Source: an uncultured Chloroflexia bacterium (GTDB lineage: Bacteria > Chloroflexota > Limnocylindria > QHBO01). Taken from it: a stretch of 64,000 bases of DNA. The stretch's first letter is position 1. The number at the start of each line of letters is the position of its first letter. Positions 20,999 to 29,715 of the stretch are shown piece after piece. Both the position numbers and the translations under genes were made by a program. The stretch is taken from NCBI GenBank assembly GCA_963825525.1, contig CAWGTN010000002.1:384001-448000 (forward strand), read 5' to 3'. The notes under the pieces were generated by a model that was given only the letters and a program-made list of their open reading frames with translations, was not told the origin of the DNA and ran no database searches.

Positions 20999-21708
20999 CC
21001 GAGGTCAGCATCGGGCTTGCGTTCCTTGCCGGCCTGATCTCGTTCATCTCGCCGTGCGTGCTGGCCCTGCTGCCGGTCTACCTTGCCTTCCTGGGCGATG
21101 CGGCTGCGCTTTCGACCATTCCGGGCGGTGCAACCGTCACCTCGAGGACGTCGGTTGTCACGCAGGCGCTGCTGTTCATCGGCGGCTTCACGGCCGTCTT
21201 CGTGATCCTCGGCACGTCACTGGGCCTCGTCGGCGGGCCGCTGTTCCGGATCCCGGAGATCCGGCAGGTTGCGGGCGTGGCCGTGATCGTCCTCGGGGTC
21301 CTGACGACCGGCGTCTTCGGCCCGGTCCTCGATCGCGTGCGCGTGGGCCTGGATCCCGCCGCTCTGCCGGCGGCGCGTTCGGTTCGATCGTTGGCGCTCG
21401 GTGCGTTCGTGGCGGTCGGCTGGTCACCGTGCATCGGCCCGGTCCTGGGCGCCATCTTCACGATGGGGGTCTCCAGCGGCTCCGCGCCGGCGGTGTTCGT
21501 GCTGCTCGTGGCCTACTCGGCGGGACTCGCCGTTCCGTTCCTTGCGGCCGCGGTTGCGCTCCCCCGCCTCCGGCCGCTGCTCGACTGGCTGCGGCGTCAC
21601 CACACGGCGGTCCAAGTGGTCTCCGGCGCGTTCATTATCGGCATCGGCATCATGATCTTCTTCAACGTCTTCGCCCAGCTTGCGGGGCTGTTCGTCTTCG
21701 TGCTGTAG
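20995..21708 (+). CDS. ccdA: Cytochrome c biogenesis protein CcdA
   Basis: AFLAGLISFISPCVL and GWSPCIGPVLG. Confidence 0.92.
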   Translation: MTEVSIGLAFLAGLISFISPCVLALLPVYLAFLGDAAALSTIPGGATVTSRTSVVTQALLFIGGFTAVFVILGTSLGLVGGPLFRIPEIRQVAGVAVIVLGVLTTGVFGPVLDRVRVGLDPAALPAARSVRSLALGAFVAVGWSPCIGPVLGAIFTMGVSSGSAPAVFVLLVAYSAGLAVPFLAAAVALPRLRPLLDWLRRHHTAVQVVSGAFIIGIGIMIFFNVFAQLAGLFVFVL

Positions 21709-21764
21709 GACTGGCACGGGCCCTGCGTCGTCCCTCTGGCAAAGCCGAGTACCAGGAGAACCCG

Positions 21765-22337
21765 ATGAACCTCGACGGACTCAAGGTCGCCGTGCTGGTG
21801 ACCGATGGTTACGAGCCAAGCGAGCTGACGGAGCCGGTCGCCGCCCTGCAGCAGGCGGGAGCGACCACCACGATCATCTCGAACCACGACGGCACCATCA
21901 CTGGGAAGACTGATGCCGACACCGCGCAGGTCGACCTCACCCTCGACGGGGCCGATGCTGCCGAGTTCGACGCATTGCTGATCCCCGGCGGCACGAAGAA
22001 TCCCGACACAATGCGACAGGAGCCGAAGGCGGTCGATTTCGTGCGCGCCATGTTCGACGCGAAGAAGCCGATGGCCTCCATCTGCCACGGCCCGTGGATG
22101 CTCATCGAGGCCGACGTCGTGCGCGGCCGCCGCGTGACGAGCTACCCCTCGCTGAGGACGGACCTGCGCAACGCCGGCGCCGAGTGGACCGATGAGGAGG
22201 TCGTCGTCGACCAGGGCCTCGTCACGGCCCGCACGCCGAAGGATCTCCCCGCGTTCAACGCCAAGATGGTCGAGGAGTTCGGCGAGGGCACCCACGACCG
22301 CCGATCGACGGCCGCCGAGCCCGTCAGCGCCGGCTGA
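21765..22337 (+). CDS. PfpI/DJ-1 family protein
   Basis: ELTEP, DALLIPGG, SICHGPW; CAGGAG RBS. Confidence 0.92.
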   Translation: MNLDGLKVAVLVTDGYEPSELTEPVAALQQAGATTTIISNHDGTITGKTDADTAQVDLTLDGADAAEFDALLIPGGTKNPDTMRQEPKAVDFVRAMFDAKKPMASICHGPWMLIEADVVRGRRVTSYPSLRTDLRNAGAEWTDEEVVVDQGLVTARTPKDLPAFNAKMVEEFGEGTHDRRSTAAEPVSAG

Positions 22338-22446
22338 CGATCGGGAGGCGGGATGTCGAGCGCGTCCTCGCCCGAGTCGCGCACCGAGGCACCGCAGCAA
22401 GCGCCTGCCGAGGGTCGTCCGGCGCCGTGATCGGTATCCTTGCGGC

Positions 22447-22795
22447 ATGCCAGCCATTCCCAGCGGGACGGTCACCTTCGTGTTCACCGATATCGAAGGC
22501 AGCACGCAGCTTCTGAAGCGGCTTGGAGACCGCTACGCCGAGCTCCTGGGCCAGCATCGGCGCCTGCTGCGCGCCACCTTTGCCGAGCATGACGGCCAGG
22601 AGATCGACACGCAGGGCGATGCGTTCTTCTATTCGTTCGCACGTGCCCGCCAGGCAGTGGCCGCGGCGGTCCAGGCCCAGCGAGCGCACGACGAAGCCTC
22701 GTGGCCCGACGACGTCGTCCTCCGCGTCCGGATGGGCCTCCACACCGGTGAGCCTCTCGTCGGTGAGGAGGGGTACACCGGCCTCGATGTCGTCC
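22447..22795 (+). pseudogene. Class III adenylate/guanylate cyclase, 3'-truncated
   Basis: GTVTFVFTDIEGST, DTQGDAFF, VRMGLHTGEP, YTGLDVV, then similarity stops before the expected RAAR catalytic segment. Confidence 0.75.
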
Positions 22796-22843
22796 TGACC
22801 GACGATGACTTGGCAGTGGGCGCCCAGCCCATCCGACATGTTT

Positions 22844-22870
22844 GCGGTGCTTTCCACCGGATGGACCGCA
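22844..22870. promoter_or_regulatory. Palindromic box, candidate response-regulator site
   Basis: GCGGTG-CTTT-CCACCGGATGG; related to GCGGTG-AG-CCACCGGATGG at 26009-26027. Confidence 0.4.
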
Positions 22871-22933
22871 CTTGTCACGATGCTGCCAAAGAGTCGGGGC
22901 TCGGCCCTGCACGGACCAGTACGTGGAACGCCG

Positions 22934-23527
22934 CTACTCGGTGCCCTCGAGCCAGCCCTCTCGCAGCGCCCTGGCCGTCAGCTCCGTGCGTGAGGCGACG
23001 CCCGTTCGTTCGAACAGTCGCCGCAGATGCGATTCCACGGTTCTCGAGCTGATGCCAAGCCGCCCGCCGATCTCATCGTTCGACGAGCCGCTGACGATGA
23101 GGTCGACCACCTCCCGCTCCCGGGCCGATAGCCGGACCCCACCTCCGGGCCTGACGCCGAAGGCCAGTCCGCCCGAGGCCGCCCGCCGAATCGCGTCCAG
23201 CAGCTCCGACGTGGGGGCGGTCTTGACCACAAACCCGGCCGCGCCGAGCCGCATGGCGGCATCGGCGTATTGAGGGTAGTCGTACGACGTCAGGCAGACC
23301 ACGGCCGGCAATGCCGAGTCACCGCGGTCGCGCAGGAGCTCGAATCCGGACTCCTGCCCGAGGCGGAGGTCGAGCAGCAGGACGTCGACCGAGCCATCGA
23401 GGAGCGGGCGCAGCTCGTCCAGCGATCCAGCCACTCCGGCGATCTGCATGTCATCGGCGCGATCGATGATGGCGGCCGTTCCCTCGCGCACCAGCGGATG
23501 GTCGTCGACGACCGCGACCCGGATCAT
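22934..23527 (-). CDS. NarL/LuxR family response regulator
   Basis: VVDDH, LLDLRL, LTSY, FVVK receiver; LSARERE...SRTVESH HTH. Confidence 0.95.
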   Translation of the reverse strand: MIRVAVVDDHPLVREGTAAIIDRADDMQIAGVAGSLDELRPLLDGSVDVLLLDLRLGQESGFELLRDRGDSALPAVVCLTSYDYPQYADAAMRLGAAGFVVKTAPTSELLDAIRRAASGGLAFGVRPGGGVRLSAREREVVDLIVSGSSNDEIGGRLGISSRTVESHLRRLFERTGVASRTELTARALREGWLEGTE

Positions 23528-23539
23528 CGGCTCACTGGC

Positions 23540-25950
23540 TCATTGCGGGCGCCACTCGAGAGCGACACGCGTGCCGCCGCTCGGCCAGCGACGAACGTCG
23601 AGCAGGGCGCCGATCTGCTCCGCCCGCTGCTGCATGTTGACGAGCCCGAAGTGGCCATCGCCCGGCGCCTCCTCGGTGGCGTCGGAGCCGATCCCGTCGC
23701 CGGCGTCGTCGATGGCCAGCGTGACCCGTCCATCGGCGCTCACGTCGTAGCGGACCGCGATCGGCGGCTTGCCATGCTTGATCGCATTGGTCAGCGCTTC
23801 CTGGGCGACGCGGAAGACCGCCAGCTCCACGTCGGCGGGCGGGCGCGAGGCGTCGGAGCGCTCGAGCTTCACCACGCCGCCGGCAAGGGGCTCGACACGC
23901 TCGACGAGCCATTCGAGCGCGGCTCCGGCACCCAGATCGTCGAGGATCGGCAGGCGCAGGTCCCCGACCACGGAGCGCAGCTTCGTCGCGACCTCGCGTG
24001 CCTCGGCGGCTTCGGCTTCGTGGCCACCCTCGTCGAGGGTACGGACCAGCATGGTGAGCTGCTGGAGCGCGTCGTCGTGGAGGTCCGCGGCCAGGCGAGC
24101 GCGCTCCGTCTCCGCGGCCGCGACCGCGACGTCGCGCTGGAGCTGGGTCCTGACTGCCAGTCCAACGAGCGGATTGATCGCGAGGTAGCGCCAGACCACG
24201 ATCCCGCCAAGCCAGCCGGCAAGGATCAGCCCGCCGGCCGAGTTCGGTACGAGGACCAGCGACGCGACAAGTGGTGTTGCGGCCACCGCAAGCGTCTCGA
24301 GGCGCCACGCCATCGCCCTCGGTTCGGTCCGATCAGCGAAGGCGACCGGGATGCCCGGGATGAGTGGGATCAATCCCACCAGAGGGACGAAGAAGCGGGA
24401 TTGGAGCAGGGCGGTGATGACGAACAGGCCGGCGAGGCCGACCGAAGCCATGAAGAGGCGTGCCGCAAGTGATGGATCGGAGTGGCGCGACGCGAGCAGA
24501 TGCGCGACCGACAATCCGGCAAAGGCGGCCGGCAGCAACAGGATCGGTTGACCTTCGGAGTACGACCCCCAGGCGGCGGGCACCAGGAGGATCGGAACGG
24601 CGACGGCTGCTGCCAGACGGAATGGCCGCATCGGTCCAGTCGCTGCCGAACACGCCCTGGCGCAGCCCGATCCAGATCACGAGGCCGACGGCAGAACCGA
24701 GGACGATCGCCCACTCCGACTGGTGGGTGAGAGAGATGACCAGTGCGAGGCCGATGAGCGCGAGGGTGAGCAGGTCCCGACGCTCGCGATCGAGCGGGGA
24801 CGCCGTCGGATCCGGCGAGATCCGCACCGATCGCATGCGCGCGAACCCCGCGCTGACCCGTCGCATTCCTCGCTCCCACGGAAGCGCAAAGCTGGTGGCA
24901 ACAGCCCCGAACGCCACCATGGGCCACACCGGCATGACGTCGCTCGGCACGATGGCAACGAGGCCGATGGCGGGCAGGATGCCCAGCGCAAACAGCTGCC
25001 CGCGCTCGCGTGCGCTGCGCTTCCCGGTCAGTCCGGCAAGCACCCCGGGCGCGAATGCAACGGCGCCATAGAGCACGGCGATCGGGCCTCGCTCGTCCGG
25101 TGACAGCGTCGGCGTCGTCATGTGCTGCACCACGAGCAGCGCCGCCACCACGGCGGCTCCGCCAGTGATCGCCAGTCCCGCCCGCCTACGGCCCTGAGAC
25201 GACATGTGGTCGACGAGTCCCATGCCCAGGAGCACGGCCACAGCAAGCGTGGTCGCCCAGGTCGCGGCGACGCCGACCCCGCTACCGACTTCGACGACCG
25301 GGACCAGCAGGAGCGGCAACGCCACGGCCACAGCGGCGACGAACGCCAAGCGCCGTCCCGCAGCGCCCATCAGTCCGCGGAGGAGGAGATACGCGACGAT
25401 GGCGGCCAGCAGCAGGCCGAACCCCACGGCGTAGATGTCGGTGGCGAGCGTGCTCTCGAGCCACTGGCGCTCCATCATTCCGTACCCGTACACCACGACC
25501 CCGCGCTGGTCGCCCTCGAACGCGCCTGTCTTCGTAGACGTCGCCCACGATGATGCCGGCGATGCGGCCGGATGAGATCGCCTCGATCGGGATGGACATG
25601 GCGTCGCCGTATTCCGAGTGCATGACGACCTCCCCGACGCCAGGCGAATCCAGCGTCGATACGGACTCAACCGGGGCACCGTCGACCGTGGTCAGGGACA
25701 CGACGCGCGAGCCGGGGTAGATGCCGTTGCGCGCGGCGTTCCCATCAGGCGTGACGGACACGACGAAGACGCCCGGGAGGGTCGCATCCGCGAATCCGGG
25801 CAAGGGCATCATCGCGGCGGCCTGCGATCCCTCCGCGAGCTCGAGCCCGATGGCGACGCGGCCGTTCGCCCACAACGCGACGCTCGACAGCACGGCGCCG
25901 GTCGCGATGAGGATCGCCAGGACGTCGCGCCAGGTGGGTCGCAGCGGCAT
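23540..25950 (-). CDS. Polytopic sensor histidine kinase (HisKA_3) with PDZ-like loop; frameshifts near 25525 and 24618
   Basis: Joined ORFs 25282..25998, 24333..25679 and 23540..24631; ERARLAADLHD, QEALTNAIKHG, DDAGDG, HFGL; PDZ-like VVSVTPDGNAARNGIYPGSRVVSL. Confidence 0.85.
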
Positions 25951-25986
25951 GCTCGGACCATACCAGCGCTCCATCGGCCCACCAAT

Positions 25987-26027
25987 GCGGTAGATCACCT
26001 AATCGGAAGCGGTGAGCCACCGGATGG
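25987..26027. promoter_or_regulatory. Tandem GCGGT-N4-CACC boxes, 22-bp period, in divergent promoter
   Basis: GCGGTAGATCACC (25987) and GCGGTGAGCCACC (26009). Confidence 0.5.
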
Positions 26028-26075
26028 GCGTCGGCTCATCTCACGGTCACCATTGGCTGCCGAGGAGGTGAATCG

Positions 26076-26171
26076 ATGCAGACCCTTCGCGCGTCCGCCA
26101 TCGCGGTCCCGTTCGTCGCCCTCGCCGTGCTGGTGGCGCTGCTCTCTCTGATCGTCGGGCCGGGGGCCTAG
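26076..26171 (+). CDS. 31-aa hydrophobic peptide MQTLRASAIAVPFVALAVLVALLSLIVGPGA
   Basis: GAGGAGGTG RBS 5 nt before ATG, GC3-rich codons, fills an intergenic gap; not in ORF track. Confidence 0.75.
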   Translation: MQTLRASAIAVPFVALAVLVALLSLIVGPGA

Positions 26172-26202
26172 GCGTCTTTGCCGGCTAAGCACCGAGATTC
26201 GG

Positions 26203-26631
26203 CTAGGCGGGCGAGGCGTCCCCGATTTGACGGCCTTCACCTTCGCAGCCCCAGCCGATCCTTGGCTGCGGACGGCCACCGATCAAGGGTCCGTCGCGTT
26301 CGACGAACACGATGAGCTGCTCGTTCGGTGTCCCCGCGACGTCGCCAACTTCGCCGTCGGGCGGCGGCACGCACCAGCACTCGGAGTAGCCTGCGTTCCC
26401 GTTCATCGACGTCCCGTAGGAGTAGCGCCAGCTTGGACGGATGCCAGCAGCCTCGAGCGCCGCGCTCGCCTCTTCGGCGCTGAGTCCGGTGATCGGAGGC
26501 ACTTCCCTGTCGCCAAGCACCTCATCGGCAGCCGGCGGGTCCTGGCAAGCCAAACCGCTCTCTCCGATCCCGAGCCCGCACGCCGTCAGCACCGTGAACA
26601 GGCCGATGAGCAACCCGACTCGCACGACCAT
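26203..26631 (-). CDS. Cys-containing lipoprotein with PASTA-like segment
   Basis: LTAC lipobox; VPPITGLSAEEASAALEAAGI; CWC motif. Confidence 0.65.
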   Translation of the reverse strand: MVVRVGLLIGLFTVLTACGLGIGESGLACQDPPAADEVLGDREVPPITGLSAEEASAALEAAGIRPSWRYSYGTSMNGNAGYSECWCVPPPDGEVGDVAGTPNEQLIVFVERDGPLIGGRPQPRIGWGCEGEGRQIGDASPA

Positions 26632-26632
26632 G

Positions 26633-26734
26633 CTACGAGCGGCGGAACGCGAAGATCATCACCACGATCACGATGATGACCACGACCAGCCCCACGATGA
26701 GCCCGACTGGCGAGCCAACATCGACCGTATTCAC
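26633..26734 (-). CDS. 33-aa single-TM peptide MNTVDVGSPVGLIVGLVVVIIVIVVMIFAFRRS
   Basis: GGAGG RBS, GTG start, TM helix with basic tail, stop 1 nt before next ATG; not in ORF track. Confidence 0.6.
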   Translation of the reverse strand: MNTVDVGSPVGLIVGLVVVIIVIVVMIFAFRRS

Positions 26735-26759
26735 GCGGCGATCCTCCCCTGGGTCGTTC

Positions 26760-26835
26760 TGGCGCCCCCGGAGGGATTCGAACCCCCGACGCCCGCCTTA
26801 GGACGGCGGCGCTCTATCCACTGAGCTACGGGGGC
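26760..26835 (-). tRNA. tRNA-Arg(CCT)
   Basis: GCCCCCG acceptor, TAGCTCAGTGGATAGAGC D arm, CCGCC-GTCCTAA-GGCGG anticodon arm, GGTTCGAATCC, encoded CCA. Confidence 0.93.
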
Positions 26836-26869
26836 GGCGCCAGCTCAAGCCTACCGTATCATCCGCGCC

Positions 26870-27103
26870 ATGCCGTCCCGTCCCACGCTCTATGTCCGCC
26901 ACGGGTGCCACCTGTGCGAGGACGCGAGCGTCCTTCTCGACGCCATGCTGGGAGCCGATGGATGGGACGCGGTCGACATCGAGGCCGATGACGACCTCCT
27001 CGTGCGCTACGCGCACCGAATCCCCGTGCTCGCCGTCGACGGCGAGGATCGGTGCGAACTGATGATCACCCGTCCCGACGTCGAGGCGGCGCTGGCCCGA
27101 TGA
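26870..27103 (+). CDS. Glutaredoxin-like protein (DUF836)
   Basis: GCHLCEDA, RIPVL. Confidence 0.85.
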   Translation: MPSRPTLYVRHGCHLCEDASVLLDAMLGADGWDAVDIEADDDLLVRYAHRIPVLAVDGEDRCELMITRPDVEAALAR

Positions 27104-27657
27104 TCCCCGCGGTGCTGCGGCGACGTCGGTGGAGCCTCGCATGGCTCATCGGCATCATCGGCCTGGCGATCGTATTCGGCGTGCTGGCGACCATCCCGCT
27201 GCTGCGCGGCACGCCCGACGGTCGGAGTGGGCCCCTGGTCGGCCAGCCGGCGCCTGAATTCCGGCTCGAGGACCTCGCGGGCCGCACCTGGTCCCTCGAT
27301 GAGGCCGATGGCCGCCTGGTCTGGGTCAACTTCTGGGCCACGAGCTGCGAGCCATGCCGCACCGAGATGCCGGCCATGCAACGCCTGGCGGACGCCTACC
27401 CCGACGAGCTGCTCATCCTTGGGATCGATTGGGGCGAGGGACGCGACGCTGTCACAGACTTCGTCGACCGCTACGGCGTCGAGTATCCGATCCTGCTGGA
27501 CCCCACTCTCGAGACCTACTACCGCTGGGCGGGAACGGACGGCCTTCCACGCCACTACTTCATCGGCGCCGAGGGGACCGTCCTGCGAGAGGTGATCGGC
27601 CCGCTCGATCCGGCACGCATGGTGACGATCGTCGAGGAGCTACTGGAGGGGGCGTGA
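27100..27657 (+). CDS. TlpA/ResA-like thiol-disulfide reductase
   Basis: N-terminal TM, VNFWATSCEPCRTEMP, GLP. Confidence 0.9.
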   Translation: MIPAVLRRRRWSLAWLIGIIGLAIVFGVLATIPLLRGTPDGRSGPLVGQPAPEFRLEDLAGRTWSLDEADGRLVWVNFWATSCEPCRTEMPAMQRLADAYPDELLILGIDWGEGRDAVTDFVDRYGVEYPILLDPTLETYYRWAGTDGLPRHYFIGAEGTVLREVIGPLDPARMVTIVEELLEGA

Positions 27658-27663
27658 GCGCGA

Positions 27664-27692
27664 AACAGGCCGGGCGTCGCGCCCGGCCTGTT
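27664..27692. terminator. Hairpin between convergent genes, probable terminator
   Basis: AACAGGCCGGGCG-TCG-CGCCCGGCCTGTT, perfect 13-bp stem. Confidence 0.7.
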
Positions 27693-27713
27693 GGCATGTG
27701 GATCGGCTCGAGG

Positions 27714-28148
27714 TCAGCCCTCGACGACGATCGCCCCGGTCATCTCGGCCGGGTGCAGGTCGCACACGAAGAAGTACTCCCCCGCCTCGAGCGTGGGAAC
27801 CTCGACCTCGACAGTCGCGCCGGCGTCGATGATCTCGCCGGTGACGATGGCCTCGCCACCCTCCTCGGTGTAGACGCTGAAGTTGTGCGGGACGGTGTCG
27901 TTGTTGACGAGGGTGACGGTGAACGCCTCGCCGGCCGTCGCCTGGATAACGTTGGCGTCGAACGCCAGGTCGGCCGCGGTGATCTCGGCGGCGCCATCGA
28001 TGACGCCGATGGTGCCACCACCTGTGTTGTCGTCATCGGCCGACGCGCCGTCGCCGCTCCCGGAAGAGCACGCCGCGAGCACGAAGGCGAGGGTAGCGAG
28101 GATGATCAGGAACGGCGCACGACGCAGCGCCGATGGGTTGGTCTTCAT
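27714..28148 (-). CDS. Cupredoxin (blue copper) lipoprotein
   Basis: LAAC lipobox; HN...CDLHPAEM type-1 copper ligands. Confidence 0.9.
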   Translation of the reverse strand: MKTNPSALRRAPFLIILATLAFVLAACSSGSGDGASADDDNTGGGTIGVIDGAAEITAADLAFDANVIQATAGEAFTVTLVNNDTVPHNFSVYTEEGGEAIVTGEIIDAGATVEVEVPTLEAGEYFFVCDLHPAEMTGAIVVEG

Positions 28149-28246
28149 TCGAGGAATTGTCCTTTCGACGAAGTCGATGCGGCTTCGGAAGTGGCGTCTC
28201 GCATGATACCCGGGTGAGCGCGTCACGTCCGGTGCCGACCAAGCGC

Positions 28247-29125
28247 TCAGTCGGCCGCGCGGTAGCCCCTTTCAGTCGCCTCGATCCGGATCGGCAGCGC
28301 ACCTGGGTCGTGCGTGAAGTAGCACCACCAGCCCTCCGTCGCGGCGCGCGCCACGAGCTCGTTGCGGACCTCGATGGCGTCGATCGGATAGTCGTCGTAC
28401 GCGCTGGTCCAGCGCACGGGAATCTGCCATCGGGTCGGAATCAGGTCGCCCCAGAAGATCGCACGTTCGGTCGGGTCGCCGGCGCGCCCGCGCGCGCGCT
28501 CAGTGCCCAGCAGCACGGCCTGCGAGCCGCGGGTATGGCCTCCCGTGCGAAGAACCCGAACGCCTTCCACGAGCTCCACCTCGCCATTGACTTCCGCCAG
28601 CTGGCCGGCCGCCCGCACAGCGTCCAGCTGCTCGACTTCCATGACGCCCTGCAGCCGAAGCTCGTCGCCGTGGGCCGCTTCCGCCTCGTCGCGCTGGATG
28701 ACGTAGCGCGCATTCGGAAACGCGGGGGTTCCGTCCGCACCGAGCATCCCGCCGGCATGGTCGTAGTGAAGATGAGAAACGACCACGAAGTCGATGGAGG
28801 CCGGATCCTCGCCGACCGCGCGCAGGGCCGCCACCGGGTCACCGCCCTCGACGCCCTTGATGTCGCGATCCTTGTCGCTCATCCGCACGCCGGTCCCGGT
28901 CTCGACCAGGATTCGCTTGCCGCCGGCCTCGACGAGCAGAAGGTTCAGGCGACAGGTCAATCGGCCGCGATCGTCCACCTCGACCAGCCGGCTCCACAGC
29001 GGCTTCGGCACGACGCCGAAGAAGCCGCCGGCATCGGGCCGGAACCAGCCGGAGCGCAGGACCCGGACCGACACGTTGCCGGCGAAGACGCGCGCCTCGC
29101 CAAGATGGTGGAGCGGCTCGCTCAT
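28247..29125 (-). CDS. MBL-fold metallohydrolase (YtnP-like)
   Basis: [33 protein letters not shown]. Confidence 0.88.
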   Translation of the reverse strand: MSEPLHHLGEARVFAGNVSVRVLRSGWFRPDAGGFFGVVPKPLWSRLVEVDDRGRLTCRLNLLLVEAGGKRILVETGTGVRMSDKDRDIKGVEGGDPVAALRAVGEDPASIDFVVVSHLHYDHAGGMLGADGTPAFPNARYVIQRDEAEAAHGDELRLQGVMEVEQLDAVRAAGQLAEVNGEVELVEGVRVLRTGGHTRGSQAVLLGTERARGRAGDPTERAIFWGDLIPTRWQIPVRWTSAYDDYPIDAIEVRNELVARAATEGWWCYFTHDPGALPIRIEATERGYRAAD

Positions 29126-29703
29126 CGGCTCACGCGGCCGCGATCGAAGTCGGCGTGGTAGCGGCTGGCCGTGGGATCCGTCTGGCCGCGGTACTTGCTC
29201 CCGATCCGCTTGTCGCCGTAGCCGATCTCGACCGGCGAGCTGAGGCGTTGGAAGCTGATCTGGCCGATCTTCATGCCGTCGTAGAGCTTGATCGGCAGGT
29301 TGGCCACGTTGCTCAGCTCGAGCGTCAGCGTGCCTTCCCAGCCCGGATCCACGTAGCCGGCCGTCGAATGGATGAGGAGGCCCAGGCGTCCCAGGCTCGA
29401 CTTGCCCTCCAGCCGCGCGACGAGGTCGTCGGGCAGGGCCACGCGTTCGAACGTGGCGCCAAGCACGAACTCGCCGGGGTGGAGGATGAATGGCTCGTCG
29501 CCGATGATCTCCACCAGCTCGGTGAGCTCCGGCTGGTCGGCCCTGGGGTCGATCACCGCAGTGCGGTTGTTCCTGAACACGCGGAAGCGATTGCCCAGGT
29601 GCAGGTCAACGCTCGATGGCTGGACAGCCTCAGGTGTGTATGGGTCAACGACGATTCGGCCCGCGTCGATCTCGGCGCGGATGTCGCGGTCGGACAGGAT
29701 CAT
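29122..29703 (-). CDS. dcd: dCTP deaminase
   Basis: [40 protein letters not shown]. Confidence 0.95.
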   Translation of the reverse strand: MILSDRDIRAEIDAGRIVVDPYTPEAVQPSSVDLHLGNRFRVFRNNRTAVIDPRADQPELTELVEIIGDEPFILHPGEFVLGATFERVALPDDLVARLEGKSSLGRLGLLIHSTAGYVDPGWEGTLTLELSNVANLPIKLYDGMKIGQISFQRLSSPVEIGYGDKRIGSKYRGQTDPTASRYHADFDRGRVSR

Positions 29704-29715
29704 GCGTCGCTGATC

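Noticed and set aside
22815-22830. att site duplicating the tRNA-Arg 3' end
   Set aside because: Only a 7-bp GGCGCCC match, expected by chance at this GC.
22830-22870. c-di-GMP-I riboswitch (GGAAA...CGCAAA on minus strand)
   Set aside because: Lacks the upstream GCAAA motif and P1/P2 arrangement.
26441-26824. His/Asp-rich ORF (HHHDHDDDHD) as a metal-binding protein
   Set aside because: Reverse complement of the V/I-rich 33-aa ORF and overlaps the tRNA.
28205-28218. CsoR-type operator (ATACCCGGGTGA) upstream of the cupredoxin
   Set aside because: Short GC palindrome with spacing unlike known sites; not found before the copCD gene.
28247-29125. YtnP-like lactonase as a quencher for the peptide module
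   Set aside because: Coupled to dcd outside the islet; a lactonase would not act on a linear peptide.
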